A stretch of 64,000 nucleotides of DNA from Eukaryota sp. TZLM1-RC. Lineage: Eukaryota; Protista; Metamonada: BaSk clade. Every line of letters starts with the position of its first letter. Position 1 is the first letter of the stretch. The DNA is taken from positions 3,871,585 to 3,935,584 of the forward strand of contig JAUPSS010000004.1 in the NCBI GenBank assembly GCA_040285825.1, read 5' to 3'. Positions 45,931 through 58,100 of the stretch are shown here, piece by piece. A program made the position numbers and the translations under genes. The notes under the pieces are model-generated. The model saw only the letters and a program-made list of their open reading frames with translations, searched no databases and was not told the DNA's origin.

Positions 45931-47752
45931 AGTGTCTCGCTCTCTCGATTCCTCTTCGGAGGATATGGAGGGGCACAAGTCTACCTTTATTGGTAACAAA
46001 AATTTAAACTCTGGTTCTCACAATGAAATCGATTGCTTTAAGAAAAAGTCAAAAAAAATCTCAACAGCGGGAAAACCTTGGTGTAATGTTCAGGTGTAAC
46101 ATCAGTGAGTAATACACCCAAGTTAGATGTAACTACAGCAAAAACACCCATCAGCAAAGAAACACCTGAAATCAGGTTTAAAACCAGCACTCGGTGGCAC
46201 TGTCACTTTTAAGGATTCGGAGAGTACAGGGCCTAAAACTGGAACCCCCAATCCTCAAAATGCTCTAAAAATCTACGCAAGTGGTGCATTTAGAAGCATA
46301 CCCAATTCAAATACAAGGACGGGAATGGGAATCGTTATGTATTATAACGGGGACCATTATTTAGATTACTACGGACCTTGTGAAGGCGTTACAACCGGTC
46401 TAGGAGCAGAAAGCCATGCTTTGCTGGCAGCAATGCTCCTAATTGAAAAACCTGAGGTACGTCCTCGGGATATGCAATCTGCAGTGATTATCACGGATTG
46501 CGACTGGGCCTTCGAGAGAATTATGGGTAGGTCAACAGTGAATGTAACACAGCTGAGACCTGTTATTAATGAAATATGCTCTAAAAGGGAAGGGTTACCC
46601 TATGTATTAACATTGGAGAAAGTAAAAGGTGTCTCCAGTGCTGCGAATAAATTAACAAAGGAACGAATGAAAATGGCTCTGCGTTTTGCAAAAAACAGCA
46701 TTGTAGGTGATAAGTCACCTAATTTTACATATGTTCCAATTAGAGCAATGAGTGTCGAGGATTGCACTCAACAACCACAATCAAAATTGAATGAAGGTTT
46801 AGAGTTTGTCCTTCCAGGCAAAGAAAAACAAACCAGTCAAACCAGTTCTAACCCCTCAAGACCCCCGCGAGATATCAGGGACCTATTGGCGGCCGAAACT
46901 AGAGATCACTCTCCAAGTCAAAGCCTAGAGAAACCAATAGGAAGACGATGACAAGGAACTACTAAGCTGACCACGTGTTTCGTCGAAGAATGTGAGTTCA
47001 CATTCAATACAATTAAAAGCCTACACAATCACCTGAGTGTAGAGCACGGGGACATCCCTGATTCTCAATATAAAGCGAATGGATTCCACCGCTGCGGTAA
47101 ATGCAGAACAGTGGTGAAAGATCAACCCAAATCAATTAACATCCATAAAAAGTATTGTAAGGGAAAAGTTAAAAAAGTTTGTCCAGTTACCAGTTGTGAC
47201 TGGACTTTTCCTAATAACAATAAGCTCTTAGAGCATTTGGCGAGGTTTCATCCGGGGGTCACGGATGATGAGTTAGCAGCAAAGGGATACGGTTTGTGCC
47301 CTTCATGCAGAGGTGTTTTCACTTCGACTGGGCTAACAAATCATAAAAAGGTATGCATGCCTGAAGCTGGTCTAGAGTACAAAGAACTGCCTGTACTTAG
47401 TGCGGAATTGTTTAGAGTACTCTACCATGAAATTGCATCCACCAAATACGCTAGACTTCGGTCCAAGGGTACTTGGAGAGGAGTTATTGGAAGCATTGCT
47501 AATAGTGATGCCACGATGACTCAAAAATGGATGTATTTATTGATTTCCCCTTACGTTTTTCTATATGGTAGAAAGGGAAATTGTTTCACCCAGCTTAATC
47601 GTCTTATTGATCTCATCAATCGTAATAATCAGGACGAAATAACATGCAACGAGGTCACTTTGGTCTTGCGAGACAGGAGAAACAAAATTGGTTTCCTTCT
47701 TTCTCAGGTTCATTCATCCTCTCAGGATGAGACTCGAGTTAAGCGGAAATGA
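45930..47752 (+). mobile_element. 5' part of a probable non-LTR retrotransposon: degenerate archaeal-type RNase H followed by four zinc fingers, truncated before RT
   Basis: LKIYASGAF..GMGIV..GAESHALLAAM..IITDC..AANKLT; after one in-frame TGA: CFVEEC..HLSVEH, CGKC..HKKYC, CPVTSC..HLARFH, CPSC..HKKVC. Confidence 0.7.
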
Positions 47753-47754
47753 CA

Positions 47755-48600
47755 TCGAACAATGTGGATCAACTTCAAAGCACTGATCAGATTTCCACAT
47801 CAAACTTCACTACTGATACAATTATATATCAATTGATTAAAAGATGTATAGTTGAAGTATTGAAAGTCAAAGTTCAAAAAAAGGTTGACCATTTCAGTTA
47901 AAACTCACTGAAATGAAATTGAAACTGTTCAAACTCTTGGTGGAAGTGCTGTTTATGAGGAAAAAATGTGATCATCTCGCAAATCCTCGTATTCTTAAAA
48001 TCAAAAATGTCCAGGATAAGTTTTTAGTTTGGTGTAACATATCCAAGATTATAAACGTTAAGCAAGCAAATCTTCAGCTTGTTGGTATTTGACAAAGTCA
48101 AGATTGAGAGAATGTCCACATTACATGATCGATAGAGTTTTTTGGTATGTCCTTACCTGAGTAAATAACAAGAATGTTGATAAATACATCATTTCAGAAA
48201 GAAGAGACCAAGTATGCTAAAAAATAAATAAATAAAAATATGCTGAGCCGACTTGCTAAGCAGTCTGACATAATTAATGAAGATTGTTTGAAAATATTAA
48301 ATTTAATATTTCTACATAATTCCTGGCAAACAAATCAGCGTAGACTTTAAGAAGAAACTGATAAAAATAAAATACAGTTGAATCAAATTTGTTGAGGTAA
48401 AAAAAGAAACCCTCAATTTAATTCATAAATGAAATTGTTGCAAGTCTTAAACCTACAAAGATCCAAAAACATGTAGACTATACAGACACACGTAATCAGA
48501 TTTTTCCTGACCGTAATCAACCTCAAACAGTTAAAAACTGAATGATTAATGATTATTCAGTCGTTGATGTACTTAAGAATAGAGACCCTAAATAAAGAAA
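47755..48600 (-). pseudogene. Decayed paralog of the surface-like gene at 1-878
   Basis: 48495-48590 (accgtaatcaacctcaaacagttaaaaactgaatgattaatgatta) aligns with positions 8-100. Confidence 0.55.
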
Positions 48601-51600
48601 ATTACTCTCAATATTTGGTAGAGACTCTGATAAAATGTTTGCAAATCAGTAACAATAACAAAATCAATAGATAGCAATGACAATAAAAAAATGACAATAA
48701 AATTAAGTAAACTCATATAAAACCATGGCTGAGAACAAATTAAAGAACCTGAATTGGTGACAAAAACTGCTGGTTAAAGGAAATTCACAATTGATTTAAG
48801 AAATAGAAATAGCAAAAAAAAGTTAACAAAGTGAAATGGGAAGTAATAAACCACAGCACACACAATCAATTTAGTGAATAATCAAAAATTCTGAATACCA
48901 AACTGACAATACTGACTAACAAATAGGGTTAAACCTCAAACTTTAATTAACTACAGACAAACTTAAACAAGCAACAAGTAAACAAAAGAACCAGAAATAC
49001 AATCTTTAATGAGCAGATTATATAACAACTACTTGATGAAAAAGTTTTATAAATGAATAAAGAAGAAGAGTAAATCAGAAATGGTTGTAAACCTTAAACT
49101 GCAGAACAATTCAAAACAAATTCAAAAGTGCAAATGTTTTGAATAAAGAATAAAGGAAAGTCAAAGTTCATTTCATTCGGTCTTAATGGAATTCTTGCCT
49201 AAGACTAATTGTAAATAATGATAATGTGATAATAAGGCAAATGAGCCAAACAAATTGTGTCTTGTAGAGGGTCGAATCCAGGGTGCGAGCTAAAAACCAA
49301 TAGTCGAGCGTTCGATTCCTGGTGAAGGCGAAAAATGACTTGATAATCAAGGAAATATAGAAAGTGAGTGCGACAGGAGTGCGAGAGGAGAGAAGCTGTT
49401 AGACAAACAAACATGTCAAAGTGATAGGAATGCGACTCAGGTGGTGAAGCATTGAATCGATTTGATAAAAGGAAATCTAGGTGGAAACAAGTGAGAGAAG
49501 GCAAGATTGAGCAATGAATTGAGTAATGTGAAGTGTGAAACGTAGAGTGAAGTAGAAGATTGTATGACTGATGAAGGGTGGTTTGAGCACTACAGCAGTC
49601 AAAGTTAACACAGTATCTTATAGTCTATGCCTACACTGATGTTAACAACAGTGTGACAGTAGGCAGTAGACACAAAAGTTAGTAGTTTTAAGTAAAGATA
49701 TGAAAAGATCCTTGGCAAAGTCAATGATGGTCGAGGAAGAATAAGAATACCATGCATGCATGGATTGGTTAATTGTACCAAACTTGGTTTGTGTTCTGAG
49801 GGAAAAGTATTTCTTATCAGTTCAAAGTTAGGCAGATAATGTTCTATCATTGCCCACCGGTTGACACAATGGTTCTCATTCCGCAATGAACATTGAAAAC
49901 GAGCACTTATCGTTGAAATGACTTTGCTGCGTTGAATGGATTCACTTCTTTCAATATATTTTTGATTATTTAAATACTAGTAATAAATTACTCACACCAA
50001 CTACTGAAACACAACATTTTGATCCATACAACTTTCATTGGATCTTGTTTCAACGGTTTGTTATTTCAAAATCTAAATTTGGTCTTGTAAGATTTCTCTG
50101 TATGTGGTCAATTTGATTTTTCTAACAGACATCGGATTATTCAGAAAATTGCTAAATAAAATAAGTTAAAGAAATATGGGATTTTTGTTGAACTTTTAAA
50201 GCCTGAAAGATGTCATTAAGATTATGTAAAAATGCAAAACCATGGAATTAAAAACTGAAATGACCTTCTCAATTAAAAGTACAATATTTCTAGAATTTTG
50301 GATTCTAAACAAAGGCGATTTATCATACCTCTTTGCAAAACAGTTACAATAAGATAGGTTCTTTTAGGCAAAAAACTATGAACAAAAGTAGTGTTAAAAT
50401 TGTTTGGCTCAATCTGTATTTGGAAAAAAATCAATTTATGAGGAAATCACTGAACACTTAACACTAAACCTTTAAGTTGAAATATACATTTAAATTTTCT
50501 TACACACAATCATATTATATTATAGTTTAGCATCAAAAAGGGTGTTCATGTGAAAATAAGTATAGGTTTATGGGATCCAGGGCAGATATTGAACACAAAA
50601 GAATGATTTATATTTTCTATTGCAATGACAGTCTTGAAAACAATGGTGGTAGCAGTAAAGATGATGTATTTAGTGAAACAAACTATTCAGGGAAACTGTA
50701 TAACGAAAGAATCTACATCAAGAAAAGCGTACAGCGGTGTAGACATCAACTCAATCAATGAAAAATTGACATCAAAAGATTGATTGAGTCAAACGAAACC
50801 TTTGAAATACCCTATAGGTACAAAGGTTTGCGGTATACAAATGTAAAATCCGCTAAGCAAGTCTGCTGTGGAAGAAATCGTGAAATCTACCTTTGTGCCT
50901 CCAAGAATCATGACACTAAGGATATGTACTGTTTCATGTTACTTACTCATCTTAAAGTTGAGTAACGAAAGAAGAAAGACCAAAGAATGTCGCTCAAGCT
51001 GGAAAACAAGATTATTGGTGTGGTCCCAAAGTTCATATTTTCCAATTTTGAACTTTCGGATTTTACAAAATCTACATCCAATTGACTTGGCTTGATTCGA
51101 TGTGTAATTTGTTCAGTTAGCAATCAAAACACCATTCTTGCGACCTTTGAAAATAAAACAAATCATCTTTATAGTAATTCGCCGACTTAAGGCATCATTT
51201 ACACCTAATATCATTCTTTATCACAAAATTGTTCCTTTTTCGCCTCTGTAGACGGTCAAGATTTTGTTCAAACAGTTGAGTAGAACATTATCAGAGAGAG
51301 ACTTCTGTCCTGGGTTCAGTATTGCATTGTATTGAAAATTAAAATGTTGAGGATGCGTTTTGTTTCTTGGATTGTTTAATGTGAAAATGTGGGCCTTGAC
51401 AGCAGACGAACTATTGAAAGCTCGAGTCACAATAGCAGCAGAACATTATTGCAAAATGTTTGCACGAAATGTACTGAAATCACATATGAAAACGACACTA
51501 TGAAAATTCATGTTGCCAAAAGCACATTCTACTATTCAAACAATTTGATGTCCAAATATTTTAAAGCAATTCTTTATATAAGTATATCATAGGTTTATAT

Positions 51601-52160
51601 ATTTCACAATTGATGTTAGAAGCAATTTCTATTCTTTTCTCCAAAACACTTTTTAACCAATCTGTTATTCCAGTGTTCTTCTGAAACCTAGAAATGCATT
51701 ATAAATTAACATTAATTGTTTTAAATTACAGTTGTTGTGTATTCAAACAATGTTGTATGAACTCTTACAATGATAACCAAATATTTTGAAATAACTAATT
51801 TAATAAATATTTTTATTTTTTTAATGTACTGTATATTTATTTAAACAAAATTCTATCTAGTATTCAATTTCCTCCAAACAAGCATCACTATTACTAAACC
51901 TACTCACAGCATTACGTTCATAATCTACACCAATAGCTAAAAGTGCCTTTGAAATCATTGTTGGAATAGACTTGAAAATGCAAAAAACAAATCTATTTAA
52001 CCAGAAAATGGAATTCATTTTTTTACGAGATCTATTCAGTAAAATTTTTCGAAGTTTTCAAAAAAGTGTAACCCTGAAGGTCCAATATTGCCAAAAAGAG
52101 AAAATGCAAACGGCACAAACTGATATTTCACATGTTCGACTCTACCTAACTGTACAAGTT

Positions 52161-55100
52161 CATTTTGGGAAAATTAATATAACAATTGTGGTGTTAAAGT
52201 CCGTCCTATAATCATTTGAGTAGTCATTGGTATGATTGGTTGAATGGTCATTGGTATGATTAGGTGATTTGCATGTAGTCCTTATGTACTAGATGTGATC
52301 AACTTGTGATCAAACTTTGTGTGAAATTGTGTGTGAGTAATGTTGGGTATGTGTTACTTGATCAGTACAAACTCATGATTACATTTTCAATTGATTTTGT
52401 ATATATTTGAATCAATTGAGTTTATTAATTTTTAAACATTATAATATTGCATTTTTAAATTGTAAAAATAGTAAAAAATAAAAAAGTATACAATTGAATG
52501 TTGCAAACTAATAAAACCATTGCTGTAAGTGTAAGAGTATCGTTTTTGATACGATTTACTGAGGCTCATATGAAGTTCCTAGTTTCGTATATTGACCAAT
52601 GGTTGTTTATTACAATCATTGGTCAAATCTTTAAAGTCCATTTTGGGACAATTAATATAACAATTGTGGTGTTAAAGTCCGTGCTATGGTCATTTGAGTA
52701 GTCATTGGTATGATTAGGTGAGTTGCATGTAGTCCTTATCTACTAGATGTGATCAACTTGTGATCAAACTTTGTGTGAAATTGTGTGTTAGTAATGTTGG
52801 CTATGTGTTACTTGATCAGTACAAACTCATGATTACATTTTCAAATGATTTTGTATATATTTGAATTAATTGAGTGTATTAATTTTTAAACATTAAATTG
52901 TAAAAAAAAGTAAAAAATCAAAAAGTATACAATTGAATGTTGTAAACTAATAAAACAATTGCTGTAAGTGTAAGAGTATCGTTTTTGATACGATTTACTG
53001 AGGCTCATATGAAGTTCCTAGTTTCGTATATTGACCAATGGTTGTTTATTACAATCATTGGTCAAATCTTTAAAGTCCATTTTGGGACAATTAATATAAC
53101 AATTGTGGTGTTAAAGTCCGTGCTATGGTCATTTGAGTAGTCATTGGTATGATTGGTTGAATGGTCATTGGTATGATTAGGTGAGTTGCATGTAGTCCTT
53201 ATCTACTAGATGTGATCAACTTGTGATCAAACTTTGTGTGAAATTGTGTGTGAGTAATGTTGGCTATGTGTTACTTGATCAGTACAAACTCATGATTACA
53301 TTTTCAAATGATTTTGTATATATTTGAATTAATTGAGTGTATTAATTTTTAAACATTAAATTGTAAAAAAAGTAAAAAATCAAAAAGTATACAATTGAAT
53401 GTTGTAAACTAATAAAACAATTGCTGTAAGTGTAAGAGTATCGTTTTTGATACGATTTACTGAGGCTCATATGAAGTTCCTAGTTTCGTATATTGACCAA
53501 TGGTTGTTTATTACAATCATTGGTCAAATCTTTAAAGTCCATTTTGGGACAATTAATATAACAATTGTGGTGTTAAAGTCCTTGCTATGGTCATTTGAGT
53601 AGTCATTGGTTTGATTTGGTGAGTTGCATGTAGTCCTTATGTACTAGATGTGATCAAACTTTGTGTGAAATTGTGTGTGAGTAATGTTGGCTATGTGTTA
53701 CTTGATCAGTACAAACTCATGATTACATTTTCAAATGATTTTGTATATATTTGAATTAATTGAGTGTATTAATTTTTAAACATTAAATTGTAAAAAAAGT
53801 AAAAAATCAAAAAGTATACAATTGAATGTTGTAAACTAATAAAACAATTGCTGTAAGTGTAAGAGTATCGTTTTTGATACGATTTACTGAGGCTCATATG
53901 AAGTTCCTAGTTTCGTATATTGACCAATGGTTGTTTATTACAATCATTGGTCAAATCTTTAAAGTCCATTTTGGGACAATTAATATAACAATTGTGGTGT
54001 TAAAGTCCTTGCTATGGTCATTTGAGTAGTCATTGGTGTGATTTGGTGAGTTGCATGTAGTCTTTATGTACTAGATGTGATCAAACTTTGTGTGAAATTG
54101 TGTGTGAGTAATGTTGGCTATGTGTTACTTGATCAGTACAAACTCATGATTACATTTTCAAATGATTTTGTATATATTTGAATTAATTGAGTGTATTAAT
54201 TTTTAAACATTAAATTGTAAAAAAAGTAAAAAATCAAAAAGTATACAATTGAATGTTGTAAACTAATAAAACAATTGCTGTAAGTGTAAGAGTATCGTTT
54301 TTGATACGATTTACTGAGGCTCATATGAAGTTCCTAGTTTTCGTATATTGACCAATGGTTGTTTATTACAATCATTGGTCAAATCTTTAAAGTCCATTTT
54401 GGGACAATTAATATAACAATTGTGGTGTTAAAGTCCTTGCTATGGTCATTTGAGTAGTCATTGGTTTGATTTGGTGAGTTGCATGTAGTCCTTATGTACT
54501 AGATGTGATCAAACTTTGTGTGAAATTGTGTGTGAGTAATGTTGGCTATGTGTTACTTGATCAGTACAAACTCATGATTACATTTTCAAATGATTTTGTA
54601 TATATTTGAATTAATTGAGTGTATTAATTTTTAAACATTAAATTGTAAAAAAGTAAAAATCAAAAAGTATACAATTGAATGTTGTAAACTAATAAAACAA
54701 TTGCTGTAAGTGTAAGAGTATCGTTTTGATACGATTTACTGAGGCTCATATGAAGTTCCTAGTTTCGTATATTGACCAATGGTTGTTTATTACAATCATT
54801 GGTCAAATCTTTAAAGTCCATTTTGGGACAATTAATATAACAATTGTGGTGTTAAAGTCCTTGCTATGGTCATTTGAGTAGTCATTGGTTTGATTTGGTG
54901 AGTTGCATGTAGTCCTTATGTACTAGATGTGATCAACTTGTGATCAAACTTTGTGTGAAATTGTGTGTGAGTAATGTTGGCTATGTGTTACTTGATCAGT
55001 ACAAACTCATGATTACATTTTCAAATGATTTTGTATATATTTGAATTAATTGAGTGTATTAATTTTTAAACATTAAATTGTAAAAAAAGTAAAAAATCAA

Positions 55101-58100
55101 AAAGTATACAATTGAATGTTGTAAACTAATAAAACAATTGCTGTAAGTGTAAGAGTATCGTTTTTGATACGATTTACTGAGGCTCATATGAAGTTCCTAG
55201 TTTCGTATATTGACCAATGGTTGTTTATTACAATCATTGGTCAAATCTTTAAAGTCCATTTTGGGACAATTAATATAACAATTGTGGTGTTAAAGTCCTT
55301 GCTATGGTCATTTGAGTAGTCATTGGTTTGATTTGGTGAGTTGCATGTAGTCCTTATGTACTAGATGTGATCAACTTGTGATCAAACTTTGTGTGAAATT
55401 GTGTGTAGTAATGTTGGCTATGTGTTACTTGATCAGTACAAACTCATGATTACATTTTCAAATGATTTTGTATATATTTGAATTAATTGAGTGTATTAAT
55501 TTTTAAACATTAAATTGTAAAAAAAGTAAAAAATCAAAAAGTATACAATTGAATGTTGTAAACTAATAAAACAATTGCTGTAAGTGTAAGAGTATCGTTT
55601 TTGATACGATTTACTGAGGCTCATATGAAGTTCCTAGTTTCGTATATTGACCAATGGTTGTTTATTACAATCATTGGTCAAATCTTTAAAGTCCATTTTG
55701 GGACAATTAATATAACAATTGTGGTGTTAAAGTCCTTGCTATGGTCATTTGAGTAGTCATTGGTTTGATTTGGTGAGTTGCATGTAGTCCTTATGTACTA
55801 GATGTGATCAACTTGTGATCAAACTTTGTGTGAAATTGTGTGTGAGTAATGTTGGCTATGTGTTACTTGATCAGTACAAACTCATGATTACATTTTCAAA
55901 TGATTTTGTATATATTTGAATTAATTGAGTGTATTAATTTTTAAACATTAAATTGTAAAAAAGTAAAAATCAAAAGTATACAATTGAATGTTGTAAACTA
56001 ATAAAACAATTGCTGTAAGTGTAAGAGTATCGTTTTTGATACGATTTACTGAGGCTCATATGAAGTTCCTAGTTTCGTATATTGACCAATGGTTGTTTAT
56101 TACAATCATTGGTCAAATCTTTAAAGTCCATTTTGGGACAATTAATATAACAATTGTGGTGTTAAAGTCCTTGCTATGGTCATTTGAGTAGTCATTGGTT
56201 TGATTTGGTGAGTTGCATGTAGTCCTTATGTACTAGATGTGATCAACTTGTGATCAAACTTTGTGTGAAATTGTGTGTGAGTAATGTTGGCTATGTGTTA
56301 CTTGATCAGTACAAACTCATGATTACATTTTCAAATGATTTTGTATATATTTGAATTAATTGAGTGTATTAATTTTTAAACATTAAATTGTAAAAAAAGT
56401 AAAAAATCAAAAAGTATACAATTGAATGTTGTAAACTAATAAAACAATTGCTGTAAGTGTAAGAGTATCGTTTTTGATACGATTTACTGAGGCTCATATG
56501 AAGTTCCTAGTTTCGTATATTGACCAATGGTTGTTTATTACAATCATTGGTCAAATCTTTAAAGTCCATTTTGGGACAATTAATATAACAATTGTGGTGT
56601 TAAAGTCCTTGCTATGGTCATTTGAGTAGTCATTGGTATGATTGGTTGAATGGTCATTGGTATGATTAGGTGAGTTGCATGTAGTCCTTATGTACTAGAT
56701 GTGATCAACTTGTGATCAAACTTTGTGTGAAATTGTGTGTGAGTAATGTTGGCTATGTGTTACTTGATCAGTACAAACTCATGATTACATTTTCAAATGA
56801 TTTTGTATATATTTGAATTAATTGAGTGTATTAATTTTTAAACATTAAATTGTAAAAAAGTAAAAAATCAAAAGTATACAATTGAATGTTGTAAACTAAT
56901 AAAACAATTGCTGTAAGTGTAAGAGTATCGTTTTTGATACGATTTACTGAGGCTCATATGAAGTTCCTAGTTTCGTATATTGACCAATGGTTGTTTATTA
57001 CAATCATTGGTCAAATCTTTAAAGTCCATTTTGGGACAATTAATATAACAATTGTGGTGTTAAAGTCCTTGCTATGGTCATTTGAGTAGTCATTGGTTTG
57101 ATTTGGTGAGTTGCATGTAGTCCTTATGTACTAGATGTGATCAACTTGTGATCAAACTTTGTGTGAAATTGTGTGTGAGTAATGTTGGCTATGTGTTACT
57201 TGATCAGTACAAACTCATGATTACATTTTCAAATGATTTTGTATATATTTGAATTAATTGAGTGTATTAATTTTTAAACATTAAATTGTAAAAAAGTAAA
57301 AAATCAAAAGTATACAATTGAATGTTGTAAACTAATAAAACAATTGCTGTAAGTGTAAGAGTATCGTTTTTGATACGATTTACTGAGGCTCATATGAAGT
57401 TCCTAGTTTTCGTATATTGACCAATGGTTGTTTATTACAATCATTGGTCAAATCTTTAAAGTCCATTTTGGGACAATTAATATAACAATTGTGGTGTTAA
57501 AGTCCTTGCTATGGTCATTTGAGTAGTCATTGGTTTGATTTGGTGAGTTGCATGTAGTCCTTATGTACTAGATGTGATCAACTTGTGATCAAACTTTGTG
57601 TGAAATTGTGTGTGAGTAATGTTGGCTATGTGTTACTTGATCAGTACAAACTCATGATTACATTTTCAAATGATTTTGTATATATTTGAATTAATTGAGT
57701 GTATTAATTTTTAAACATTAAATTGTAAAAAAAGTAAAAAATCAAAAAGTATACAATTGAATGTTGTAAACTAATAAAACAATTGCTGTAAGTGTAAGAG
57801 TATCGTTTTTGATACGATTTACTGAGGCTCATATGAAGTTCCTAGTTTCGTATATTGACCAATGGTTGTTTATTACAATCATTGGTCAAATCTTTAAAGT
57901 CCATTTTGGGACAATTAATATAACAATTGTGGTGTTAAAGTCCTTGCTATGGTCATTTGAGTAGTCATTGGTTTGATTTGGTGAGTTGCATGTAGTCCTT
58001 ATGTACTAGATGTGATCAACTTGTGATCAAACTTTGTGTGAAATTGTGTGTGAGTAATGTTGGCTATGTGTTACTTGATCAGTACAAACTCATGATTACA

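Noticed and set aside
52498-52701. Small ORFs within satellite units (also 60170-60355)
   Set aside because: Present only in individual variant units and not preserved across the array.
52960-52985. U2 snRNA similarity (AAGTGTAAGAGTATC versus GUGUAGUAUC) or 5S rRNA/tRNA in the array unit
   Set aside because: The branch-pairing motif is interrupted and other U2 elements are missing; no recognisable rRNA or tRNA features.
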